A stretch of 63,875 bases of DNA, counting the filler, from Rhabdomonas costata (taxonomy: Eukaryota): the NCBI GenBank assembly GCA_019059605.1. It is 19 parts of 19 records of this genome, joined end to end, with 100 filler letters (N's around TTAATTAATTAA, not from the genome) between each part and the next. Parts side by side here need not be neighbours in the genome. Positions count along the whole stretch, not along the records: positions 10,069 to 13,321 come from JAHMHO010001112.1; positions 13,422 to 16,674 come from JAHMHO010001113.1; positions 16,775 to 20,027 come from JAHMHO010001115.1; positions 20,128 to 23,377 come from JAHMHO010001116.1; positions 23,478 to 26,726 come from JAHMHO010001117.1; 14 more parts are not named here. The stretch is one strand, 5' to 3'. The number at the start of each line of letters is the position of its first letter. Position 1 is the first letter of the stretch. The position numbers and the translations under genes are program-made. The notes below the pieces were generated by a model. It searched no databases. It was not told where the DNA came from and saw only the letters and a list, made by a program, of their open reading frames with translations. Below, piece by piece: positions 12,530 through 24,467 of this stretch.

Positions 12530-14323
12530 ACGTTCGCGGCTTTCCCCTTTGTGAGTACGGCATATTGAACGGCTATTCGCAGCTGTGCACTATACGTGTT
12601 TCCCCGTCTCTTTCTCCTTGTTGATTAGTGTCGTGGCGGGTTTTGGGCCACCTTTTACCTCCTTAAGCGTCAGCGGGCTCCTACTGTTGCTACTCTGTGG
12701 CTGGCTGCGCTTTTTTTTTGCACTGCGAGTTGCATGGGAAAGAGAGCAGGGGGAGCCAATCGTGTAAACATATCAAAGAATCCGTTTGCCATGATTAGCC
12801 TGAGAAATGGGCTCCCTCCTTGAAGCCATTCACCGGTCATGGTTGCTGGCACACGCTGACATCTACCCCCCCCCCCCCGACGCACACGTATATTCACATT
12901 CACTCGTTGTTGATTCCAACGTTGCAGACGCGACATTCCCCAGAAAGTTACAGAATTGATGAGCTGAAATTGGGGCGCCCCCACTGATAAAGCGCTAAGG
13001 GCGAGCACTCTGCAACGATTTCTAAAAGGCATTAGGCAAAAAAAGCATTACAGGTTAATCCGAAACCCCTTCCCCAAAGAATCGATGCTATATCAAACTA
13101 GCATATGCACTGGCTTGGCCTGCCAGCAGAAACGGGGTGCATTTCGCAGAAGGCATGGGATGACCAGAGGATCGAGAGAACAGCTTCGCATCTGCCAGCA
13201 TGCTGTATGCTGTGCTGTGCGCTCGAATCATTCGAAAATCACAGCTCACCCCTTTTCTTGTGGATTAGTCCGCCCTTACCCAGTGTGCCTGTTTTTTTTG
13301 GGGCCCTACTTAGAATGTCATNNNNNNNNNNNNNNNNNNNNNNNNNNNNNNNNNNNNNNNNNNNNTTAATTAATTAANNNNNNNNNNNNNNNNNNNNNNN
13401 NNNNNNNNNNNNNNNNNNNNNCGTCCCTCACAAACCTTTCTCTCACTGCCTCGCTCGATGGTGTTGCCCTTCTCTATCTCTTGCTCTTTCTTTGCGGTTT
13501 GACCTTCTCTAATCTTTCCATGTGATTAAACCCGGCAAGCACGTATATCAGGACATGTTTTACATTTTCAACGGCCTGTATCGCCGAGCTGTTTTTGCTT
13601 TGTCCTGGAAAGCTGTGGCGTGGACCTTCGTGGTGTTACTCTTCCGTCCCGACTCTTTTGTTTCTCTTCCGCCTTGTCTTGATCCCTGGGGAAAGGGGGG
13701 CTTTCTTAGGTGTGGGTGGGTGTGCATGTGTTAAAATATTGTGTTTACATAACTTTCTTTTATATATTATATAATCTTTCTTTCGGTCACCCCTCACCCG
13801 AAATCCCCCTAAAGAAAGAAGCGGTTCTGGCGAAATTTCCCCTTGCACTGCTCACCCCCCAATGAGGTTAATTGTTCTGACGCCCTATTTTTTGTGCCGC
13901 AACGGCGCTTTTGTACTTAACTTGACTTTAGACGATGGATGTTGACCTTTGTTTCGGCAAGGTTGTTCCATACGTGCACAAGAAGAACTGAAAATCACTG
14001 AAGTGCACCACCAAATCCTTTTTTTAGGGTCTTTTTATATTTTTGCCAAACTAGAACAAAGAAGAAGGCCAGCCGTGTGAACAACGCAAAACACAAGCAA
14101 CGAAGAAGAATCACAATGCCATTTCTGGCTGCCTTCTGTACCTGAGTTACAAAACAGTAACAATCCAAAAGAAATTCGCTCACAAGTGCAGATGGAAGAG
14201 TGCCAGCAAAGAATGGTGGTATATATACCAACCGTACACTCAACGAGAAGGCGCTTGACTGATTAATGTGTTCGTTGTAGGATGAAGCGACGTCTGGAAA
14301 AGGCTCTTCTTTACACTTCGAAC

Positions 14324-16646
14324 TCACTGCTTGTCAGTCAGGGCGGTCAATCCGGGCAGAGCCTTGCCCTCCAGCAGCTCCAGAGAGGCCCCCCCACCTA
14401 AGACAACAAAGAAAGGTGAGGGGAGAGGGGAATGTGCATTCTGCGCCACGATATTGCATTCGTCACGTGTAACAGCTGGCCACTAACGCACTCCCTGCAT
14501 GGGGGTCAAATCTGCTGTAGAACTTCACGCATATTAAATTTAGAAAAACCTATATGGAAATGGGACGCAACAAAAATCAGAAACACTGAGGAAAACCATG
14601 TGTGTAAACGGTCACAGGCATCGGATGAGCCAAAAAGGCAACAATGTGGATTTGCTTGCTCGGTCAACACCATGGACAAAATCCAGATGAGCAAAAAAAT
14701 CCTCCGCTCTTGTACGTTTCTTGGGATGAATCGAAAGTTAGACAAATGGAAGTTTAATGGCTGCTGGGAGGAACCCGTGGAGATATGGGAAAGCTTCTCC
14801 GCGTAGCCACTCTTCTCCGCCGCGCTGGCGCTGTCACCACCACCAACAATGGAAAGTAGCGACTTGTTGTTGTCCGCCATCGTCTTAGCCACCGCCCAGG
14901 TTCCTGCAGAGCAAAGGTGTTACAGTTGGGTCAGAGCTGGCAATTATAAATTCTTGCTCGAAATTCTGTCCAATTTTCTCGCTCTGCAACCTTTCGAATA
15001 AAATGCCGGTTATGTGCAACCGCGGTAATAGTGCAAGTGGTCCATATTGTGTGATCCTCCCCACCACTTGCGTTTAAAATGTTTTTATGCCAAATTTTCC
15101 GGAAGGGTCAAAAATCATCAAAGTCTTGGGGAGGAGTGACTGGGATAGGGTGTCAGCGCTCTGCGCGGCTACCGGTGTGGTCGACGAGCAGCCGAACCGA
15201 CCGATTCCGGGAGGCGGAGGGGGCGTGGATAGCCGGAGTCTAACCGCAGAGCAATACCGAAATCCAAGTTTCGTAATTCACCGTTTTTTTAACGACAAAC
15301 CGTTTTAACACCCCCACCCCCGGGTTTGATCTATTTGACGACCGCATTTACAACCAAAACCTGTAACGCTCTGCAACGAAAGAACCCAGACTAAGTTTTT
15401 TTTGGGTACAGGCCTTCAATTTACCACGCTTTGTCGTATGAGTCCTCACACTATTGAAAGAATAAGCTAAAGTGTATTGCGTACCTGACTTAAAGTTCTC
15501 CATCTCGAAGACGCCCATGGGGCCGTTCCAGATGGCCGTCTTGCATCCAGCAATGAGTTTGCAGTAAGCTGAGACGCACATAGAAGGATAGCGAAACGAA
15601 ACCACAACAAGCTCGCACACAGCTTTGAGACAAGTGGAGAGACTGGCAGAGGAGGCAAAGGAAGGATCGAAGTAAAACATACCAGCCTCGGTCTTGGGCC
15701 CGATGTCCAGAGCCATGTCTGAAAAAAGCGTAAAAGGGTACTTCTCCTGCACGCGGTACCTTGAATCACAATTCTCTCGCCCACCCCAACCCTCCTTTCT
15801 CTGGCACTTTTGCCATATCCCTCAGAATCCTTTCCTTTGATTTAGGGGATTTAGGGGAGGCATAACGGAAGCAATTGAACTGAATGACCACATGCAGTGT
15901 ACAGAATTCACTTTCGTGATCGTGATGGTGCACATTGAGTACTTCGAAAAATTTCTTGCCGAGATGAAAAGTTGTGAACTGCTTTCTTAATGGGCATCCT
16001 GATTGTTCTCCTATCGCTCGCGTCTCGAAAAATGCTTGTCAGCCCTTCAGGATACCTTTGTGCATTCTCAGCACCCTGCACTAGGAGCACCGAACGAACA
16101 CTACATTGCGTCAGCTGAGTCGGGGTTTCGCGTTTGCCGTGAGGAGTCATCAGCACCACACGTGGATCAGCTGACCTCATCCCCTGCATTTCACCTCTTC
16201 TCGCACGGACGGTATTGCCTCAAACATCGGGCAAAACTCAAGGTGGTCGAGTCGGAAGAAAAGCCTGGAGCAAAAGCTCCCAGGCGTTTATGAAGCGTCT
16301 TTCTGTGTGAGCATTGCTGTTCAATGAAATTTTAAGAAGATGCAAACGTAAACATAAGTCATGCATACAATCGTCCGGGATGTTCTCATCATCTGTCACG
16401 AAGGGCTGGACGTCCTTGAACTCCTTGGCACAGCGATGGTCAACAGGAAGGAGCAGCTCCACCCCTATAATGGCAAGAACGTTTATGAATACCAATTGTG
16501 CGGTGTCAAAAACCGAGCGATGAACAGAGAGAAAGAACAATACCCTTCTCCTTGGCGTCAGTGATCAGCTTGGATGCCAGGGCGACAATGTCGATCTTTC
16601 CTTGCTTGCCCTCCGCCTCGGTCTCAACCTTGGACTTCCCCGTTTT
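14324..16646 (-). CDS. PGK: Phosphoglycerate kinase, C-terminal part (6 exons)
   Basis: GT-AG spliced product: ...LLLPVDH...[16 protein letters not shown]...[11 protein letters not shown]...[15 protein letters not shown]...[28 protein letters not shown]. No C-terminal PTS1. Confidence 0.96.
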
Positions 16647-16793
16647 CTGAAGAAGACGAGAGGCGGGGAGAAGGNNNNNNNNNNNNNNNNNNNNNNNNNN
16701 NNNNNNNNNNNNNNNNNNTTAATTAATTAANNNNNNNNNNNNNNNNNNNNNNNNNNNNNNNNNNNNNNNNNNNNTTTTTTTGTGCTTGTTTAG

Positions 16794-19400
16794 GACCTGG
16801 AGTGGGTGCTTGTGGTGGGCACGGATGCGGCGGGATGGAACTCAATGGTCAACGGTGGTCTTCCGCTGACACTTGGGCTGGTTCTGATCGTCATTGTAGG
16901 GTATGATGTAGTGCGCGTGCGTCAGCTCGCGTAGATCTGGCAGAGGAACGCTGTTTGTAGATATGTCGTATTGATGTGTTGTGATCTGCCCGTGTACCCA
17001 CTCTCGCACTGGCTGAGACTTTAGACTTTGCTCCCAGCTGCGAACTGGAACTGCAGCTTCGGAATATTCTCATGGGGTTTTACCCGTCCCTGGGAAGTGC
17101 CGTGTGGTACCGTGCGATGAGTCGAGTGGATCTTGGAGGCTGGGCGCCATGAGCTTTTTTTCTTTGGATTCCATTTTTTGAGATGGGTGATCGTTGTTTT
17201 AAGTTTGCTGTGTTCAGCTCTGAGCACCGACATACGTTTTCGGACTATCAGGCGAGTGTGACATAGTGCAGCGGCGGTGGACAATGCCCGGTGCACCGCC
17301 GTTATGAGACCGCTAAACGTTTGACACCATTAAATGAGCGACACCCCAAAAAGACTTTTGATCAAATTTCTCCCTTCTTGCTCTTCACTGACCTCTTTAT
17401 GCACCTCTCTACAGGGCTGCAGTGCTGACGGTCATCCTGGCGAAGATGTTGACGGCCCCCCTGGGACATTTGGTGCGAGAGGTGGAGCAGCTGTGCTCGA
17501 TGAATGTGCGACAGGTGCGGCCCTTCCCGCGGTCTATGTACAAGGAGGTCGACGCGCTGACCCAGGCCTTCAACGGGCTGACCCGCAGCCTGGCGGAGTA
17601 CCGCAAGTTCATGCCTGAGAGCCTGTTCGTGCAGGACGCTCGTGAAGACTTCCCTGCGGATCCCCGCTGGACAGAAGACCCCCGCGAGCCCACCACCGTG
17701 CCGGGCTCGGACTCTCCGTCCACCCGGGGGGACTCGGGACACTCGGTGAGTGTGTCTTGTGGTTTTCTGTCTCAAATTTCAAAAAGCCACCAAAGGATGT
17801 AGTCCGGAATCCTCTGCACGAACACGCACGCGGGGTGCCTTGTGCCACCCTGCTCGGGCACGAAATCTTTGTACTTGCGTCATAGTCTTATTTTGGGAAA
17901 GGGGTTCCTTCCCAAACGTTTTAACCACCTGCGCAACGTACTTAACGGGGGTCATCCTCCTGTGGAAATCGCCGAAAGGTGTGGCGCCCCCAATCGTGAA
18001 GAAATGGTCTGAAAGCTAGTGTGGGGAACAAACCCACACTTTTAGGAAATTTTGGTATTCTACAACCTGTTGCTGTGTGTGTTGGAATCCCAACCACCCG
18101 TGGGACCCCAAGCCACCCGAGCCCTTCAGTGCATACGTAACTTGTCCTCACCAACCAAATGCACCATGGAGCGGCATGTGCTGTATACGTTGCGGCGTTC
18201 AATGTACGACGGGTTTATAGGATGCAGGCCCGGCTGCCCCACCAGCACCACCGGCTCAGCACCTCGGCGTCCCCGATGAGGGGCCCGCTCGCCCTGCTCC
18301 TCAGGAAACCCCTCGGGCTGGACTTCCCGAATCGGGGTTCTCCCTGGCCCCTCGGCTGTGCACGGTGGCATGCTTTGACTTGGCCGGGTTCGAGCCTCTT
18401 GCGGTGGCCAAGAACCTGGAAAAGGTACGGCTTGGGGTAGCTGCTTTCTTCGATCCTGTCGTTTTTTTTAGTGCCTACCTTTTTTCATGCTGTTGTGCTC
18501 GTCGTGGATTTTTTAGTCTAAATATTCCGTCGGCGCCGCCATTGCTGTAGCAATGCTCCTCCGAAAGGTATGGAAGAGTAGGGATTCTAGCCAGGTGGTA
18601 GTGAGGTGCTTTATCCGTTTGCTGCACTCCCCCCCCCCGGTCCACTCATTGTTTGTAGGCGGCTTCTCTTCTTTTAATACCTTTATAACCGATTCCTCGT
18701 GCATCACACTCTGCAGCGCAAGCTCTCTCACACGGTCAGCTGGTCGGCTGTTACTGGGGGAGCAATCTCTCCTTTTCTCGCTTTCTCTCTGTGTGTGGGC
18801 TGCATATTGGGGGCATGCACTGCGCATTTGGTTTTACACGGCCAGTGGTTTAATGATGCTGTTACTTTGCACTGCTCTCACTCCACGCAGCTGGAGAAAA
18901 GATACCGCCAGTACATCGAAGTGGTACACGAGCACGTCACGGCGCACCGCGGGCTGGTGGACAAGGTCATCGGGGACCGCGTGTTCGCGCTGTTCAACGT
19001 TCCTCGGAGATGTGCTCGGGCGGAGTACCATGCGGTGATGTGTGCACTTGAGGTGATCGCACAGTGGAGCCCATCACAAGCCCCTGCTGCCACCGGGGGC
19101 CTGCAGACATCGCAATCCTGCTCCGCAGGAGAGGTGTCACCGCAGTTTGTGTACGCGATGTCCACTCCTCTGCTGCCTGATGAATCATCCGGTCAGAGCC
19201 CTACGATTGCCGAAGCGTCTGCGCTAGGGCTTCGGGTGGGCATCGCCAGCTCCAACGTCACCTTTGGCAACCTGGGCAGTGATGTGGTGAAGTGGTTTGT
19301 GGTGGTGGGGGAGGCCGTGGGGCAGGCCGTGGCGTTGCAGAAGGTGGGGTGCAAGACGCTCAACATGCCTTTGCTGGTTACGGAGACTGTGGCGAAGCAG
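16794..19400 (+). CDS. Receptor-type class III nucleotidyl cyclase (TM, HAMP-like, cyclase domain), partial, with a degenerate catalytic half-site
   Basis: Exons 16794-16900, 17415-17745, 18221-18423 and 18891-19400 are in frame: LEWVLVVG, TM, ...AEYRKFMPESLF, TVACFDLAGF, VDKVIGDRVFALFN, LRVGIAS...GNLGS. Confidence 0.88.
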
Positions 19401-19886
19401 GTTCGGAGGATTCGTCTGTCTTTGTTTTTTTTCTCTGTGATGGGAGTTTGGGGGCGGGGTGCAGTCCAACCACGTTTTTTGAAGGAAGTGGATGGTTTCT
19501 TTCAGGATCTTCTGTGTTCTCAGAGAGCAAATCTCCTTCTGTTCTTCGTGGTTTTCTGATGGCGATTTTATAGAGAGAAAAAGAAACCCGCTATTTTTAG
19601 TCGCAGCTCTGTGTTTTTTTTTAACACAGACACACACACAGTGGTCAGCAACTACCAAGCAACTAGTCAAGCAGGCAACAGCCAGTGCGGAATGCGCCCA
19701 ACACACACCTGGGAAGTCAACTCATCCCTGGCTCTGTGGCCCAGGTCATAGACCCAGGGAGCACGTGCAGCCACCTAAACCGCTGCAAACTCTTCCAGAA
19801 TCCGGGGTGGGGGTGGAGGGTACGTGCATCGTCCCACTTACCCCCTTGGAATTCGGGTGAAGGGGAGCAAGGCTAGCTGGAATGGA

Positions 19887-20019
19887 GGGGACAAGTCTAC
19901 TTGATAAGCATGGGCATAAATGCACCAGCGCCTTTTTTTTTAACGTTGTCCATGGATATGCGTTAAAAAAAAAGGCGCTGGTGCATTTATGCCCATGCTT
20001 ATCAAGTAGACTTGTCCCC
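19887..20019. repeat. Terminal fold-back inverted repeat (likely amplification chimera)
   Basis: Arms of about 59 bp around a short loop, immediately followed by a C/A-only tag and the contig end. Confidence 0.8.
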
Positions 20020-20130
20020 CCCAAACCNNNNNNNNNNNNNNNNNNNNNNNNNNNNNNNNNNNNNNNNNNNNTTAATTAATTAANNNNNNNNNNNNNNNNN
20101 NNNNNNNNNNNNNNNNNNNNNNNNNNNTGG

Positions 20131-20243
20131 GGGGCACGCACAGTTGGGGGATGGCGCCCTCTAACGTGTGTCTAACATCTAACGCCCGTTAGACGAACAC
20201 TAACACCCATTAGAGGGCGCCATCCCCCAACTGTGCGTGCCCC
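20131..20243. repeat. Short inverted-repeat element (MITE-like)
   Basis: 34-bp perfect arms GGGGCACGCACAGTTGGGGGATGGCGCCCTCTAA with a 45-nt loop. Related motifs occur at 26827-26933, about 37000-37030 and 40571-40620. Confidence 0.55.
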
Positions 20244-21507
20244 GAATGCCTCAGCACTCCCATATTGCCGCCGCTTCAGCATCAGTGCCTCGCATGCTGT
20301 CTTTCAGTTGCTGTAAATTGGGATTATAGTCTTTCCCTTTCCTCCAAGCTGTCAAAGTTGTCAACATTGCTGCGAAAAGTTCTAAGGTTTGGCGGTTTTG
20401 GTGCGACTCAGGCTCACCACCAAAGGCGGTGTAGTTTACGTCTCATAGACCCAGAGGTGGAGCAGATTCTGGTAGAACCGGAGCAAGGGGGAGGGCTTGC
20501 TATCCGGGTTTCAAGATGGAGAATTCTAACTTATATTTATTCCGTGCGTTGCCCGGCAGGCTTCTTTTGCATGTGATGGTCTCCCTGCATTGCAAGCGCG
20601 GTGTGTTCCAGTGCTAAGACTTTTTCCTTGTGCATGTTTATCTCCCGACACAGTCCCTCCTGAAGTTTGAAGACGGGAAACCTCTTCTTGTGTCCCGCTC
20701 GCGGTTCACCGAGGTGGCGAAGTGTGAGGGTTCATTCCTGTCGCTGGAGAGGTTGCCTCTTAATTTCTTGCTCCAAACCTAATCTCCTTATTAGAAGTGG
20801 GCTGCGTTCGGGGTGCACTTTGAACTCCTATAGACATTGAGATGTGACATCACCTCAGCTCCCCAATCCCGTCGGTCACTGCATTCCTCGGCAGCAGGAC
20901 ACTCATCACCCACCACCATCGATGCAGCAGCATACCAGCAGCAGTCAGACAGCGGGGTTACCACTGTACACTGTACGCAATGCCGTGTTCGAGGTATGCG
21001 ATAGCTCTCCCAAGTGTGGAGGGGTCATATTCAATGGGTGTGTGTGTGGGGGGGGGGCGTGTAATTAAATGTATTCTTTCCTCCGCCCATTAGACGACTG
21101 TTGGACTATAACACAGTTTGATATCAAACAGTGTAACAAATGTTCAACTGTCCATCTGTGCCTCCCCCGAGAAATCTTGGGGATCTGAACGGTCCAATTG
21201 GGTTCAACTGCCTGGGAGGAGTAGACCCAACCGCGAGCCATCACGCGCCCACGCCCAGAGTGACGAGTGACCTTCAGCAATTGTGCAATCCACCAAGGAC
21301 CAGGCAAGGGCTCGAGACTTTCCCTTAGATGCCACCGCCGCTCTCAGCAGTCAGTTGGACCACCGGCGTTTCTAATTCTCGGCGGAAATTTTGTAAGCGA
21401 TCGCCGCATGACCAGGTTTCACTGCTGGTAGGACGACAACCAGAGCATAAGGACGATATACTTGGAATGGAAAAGCTTTTGGCAACCCGCTGCTATGTTT
21501 GTTTTAG

Positions 21508-23365
21508 GGGCCTTCAGGCCTTTGTGAAGTTTGTGCCGCGGGAGGTGGTACGGATGATGCTGGCCGGGGAAATGGGCTCCACCACGGCGATGGCCCGCCG
21601 CGCGGTGAGCATCCTGTTCATGGACATTGTGGGGTTCAGCGCGCTGTGTGAGTGCATCGCTGCGGAGATGCTGGTGCGGTTGACGGAGGAGTACCTGCAG
21701 GCTATGTGCGAGATCATCGCGGACTCCAAGGGAACCCTGGACAAGGTTGCTCTACGCTCACTCCTGCCCTCTGTGGTCGGAAAAGCTGTTTTCGCTTGGC
21801 TTGGAAGGTTCTGTGATTTGCGCTGTTTATAAAAAATATATTGTCACCAGGATGAAACCGTGTGCGCCACACTTACCTTCACGATCCCGATCCTTGCCTC
21901 TCGCTTTGGGATCTGGTGAAGATTTGCCCCCCCCCCCTCCCCCCTTTATGCGTACATGGGTAAACGTATATACCAACCATACCTACAGTATAGGCACCTC
22001 ACCCCTGGGTTAGCTTTTTGTGCTGGGTGTCAGTTCCGACTCATTGTTGGTTGTAGTTCATTGGGGACTGCATCATGGCCCTGTGGAATGCCCCACGGCA
22101 CGTGAGACATCACGAGCGGGTGGCGGTAGGGGCAGCGCTGGACATGCAGGCCCGGCTGCTGGAGCTGCATCAGGGCTGGCAGGCCGAGGGCATCCCTTCG
22201 ATTAGGTCGAGCGTGGGGATGTCCGCGTGAACCTTGTAGAACTTGCTGGGTTATTCTGCTTCTGCCTCATGTGAACGTGTCCCCGTCTGTGTTTACAAGA
22301 AGCAGCTCCAACTCTCGAAAATTTTTCACCCCATTTGCAGCCCCAGTGTTTCTTCACTTTGTTTGGTCGCGGAAAGACTGTTACCGTCCCCACTTTTATT
22401 CTTCCTCGCCATCGTCTCCTTGGCTTCTGGGATAAATTGGAGAGAGTCCGATTTCGCTGCCGTGGGTGCAGGTTCCGGGTGGGGATCAACACGGACACCG
22501 TCCTTGTGGGCAACTTCGGCTGCGCGTACCGCCTGGACTATACCGCTTTGGGAGACGGGGTCAACTTGGCCAGCCGCCTGGAGGCCGCGAACAAAGTATA
22601 GTCTTGTGACTGCGAGGGGAGCAGAGTGAGTGCATGCTGAATGCTGAATGGTGGTACCACCTGTTCCGGCAAAGATGCTGGACGGTTTCCTTGTTGCCGC
22701 TGTACGTTGCCGCCACATCTCCCGAGAAGCCGGGTTTTCTTCGAGCAAGACGGGGCTGCCCCTCATGCGGCTGAAGGCAATTGCCTGCCTTTATCAAACA
22801 TGTTACTACAGCTGTCCGCTCTATCCTAAAGGTCCCCGAAAACCCATGGGTTTTGGGCCACTCCAGCAGGAAACATCTGCGCTCGAGTATGTTGAGTACA
22901 GATGCCCTTCTGCCTATATATGTTCTCACATGATTCCGCATGTTGTTAGGTTCTGCGGCACCTAACCCAGCAGAAGCTGACAGAGAAATTCCCGGATAAT
23001 CCCACCAGCTTTGTTCCCGACCGACAACAGACGATGCCTTTATTTCTAAATTATCATTTAGATTGGGAAACTCGGTAGTTGTCCCACAGTGCGGTGTATG
23101 CGAGAAACTGAGTCGGAGGATCCGAGCCGAGAATGAACTGATCTGAGAGCTTCTTGAGCTTGCCATCAGCGACGGCAAGTGAGGAATCTTCACCGCGGCC
23201 TACCCAGACTCCCCCGAACTGGGTTCGAGAACCTGCGGATGTGGTCCTTCCTTGGGAGGCCCGATAGTGGTTGGTTTGGACAGGCTTTTGGCACCGTGGT
23301 CGTGGTTGCGGAGTCCACCCGCACCGCCGCCCTGACGGCGTTTGCCTTCCGCAACCTGGGCAGGG
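21508..23365 (+). CDS. Class III adenylate cyclase catalytic region, partial (probable further exon at about 20859-20993)
   Basis: Exons 21508-21745, 22057-22205, 22472-22595 and 23284 to the contig end: LQAFVKFVPREVV, ILFMDIVGF, LDK|FIGDCIMALWNAP, RVGINT...GNFGCAYRLDYTALGDGVNLASRLEAANK|AFGTVVVVAEST. All canonical D, K, D, D, N and R residues are present. Confidence 0.93.
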
Positions 23366-24404
23366 TGCCAACACCCCNNNNNNNNNNNNNNNNNNNNNNN
23401 NNNNNNNNNNNNNNNNNNNNNTTAATTAATTAANNNNNNNNNNNNNNNNNNNNNNNNNNNNNNNNNNNNNNNNNNNNGGTTGTTGTTGTTTCATCGGGGG
23501 CAACCCCGCCGATCCATTCTCGCACTAACCAGATAATTGAGTAATTGGGTATTTTTCTTGGGACCCACTCCATGGCGCCAGGGCACGGGACGGCACACGA
23601 TGACAGATTTGCGTGTTTGATTTCAAGTTCCCCGACCTCCACGCAACTTTTCCGAAAAGCAATTCAAAAAATTACCTAAACAAACCACCGCCAGGAACCA
23701 CCGTCAAAAACCTCGGACGACGTTCAGAATCTCATTTCTCTTCACTAAATATTCTGGAGTTGACCTATATCAATCCCATCCATTAATACCCTTCGCTTTC
23801 TTCCCAAACGATTGGGGATCTTATCCCTGTGCCACGGTCTGTGGTGTTTTCTTTTTAAAAAATGCAACACAGACAGACACAGACAGACCAAGATTTTGTC
23901 CAGGGTCGATTTTGTCTCCACCCCGTCTTTCTATAGACGCAGCTGGAACCTGCACGTCTTGACCGTCTATGCTTGCAATACTGCATGGAAATTTCGTTCA
24001 TTTTGATGAGTAATTTATTGTTATCCAGGCACCCCGCGCGCTAAATCACCTGTCCGTCGTTCATGTTCCCAATAAAGAGCTGAATGTGGCAGTGGCTTTT
24101 ATAGTATTTTTGGATCAAAAGTGTGGGTGCAGGAAAGCTTTCTTCAGTTGGTTCATTTGACTAAGCAAATTAAAATCCACTTTAATGAACCCCCTCCCTT
24201 CCTCTGCTGACTCGGCTGTGGGCTGAGACATCCATCCAAAGGAAAAGCTGCGGAATTCCGGGATTTGACGTAAATAAAGGGGAACATCCCCTCTTGAAGT
24301 TTAAGGTATGAAGACCATGGTCCAAGCGATTTTTAAAACGTACAACATAAAAATAGTGAAGCTTATGTTGTGAAATACCACAGAAAAAATTCACAAAATT
24401 GCAC

Positions 24405-24467
24405 CTGGGATGCTACAAAATTTCCCACGAAAAGCCCATCTTTTATTCGAACTGCCAACAACGACAT
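24405..24467 (-). CDS. Probable first exon of a dual-specificity-phosphatase-like protein
   Basis: MSLLAVRIKDGLFVGNFVASQ followed by a GT donor; resembles the DSP N-terminal I.x.x.LF.G motif. Downstream exons were not resolved. Confidence 0.45.

Noticed and set aside
19887..20019. Long perfect hairpins at contig 3' ends (also 43703-43808 and 57118-57191) as ncRNAs or hairpin telomeres
   Set aside because: They are unrelated to each other, perfect and abut primer-like tags, typical of fold-back chimeras.
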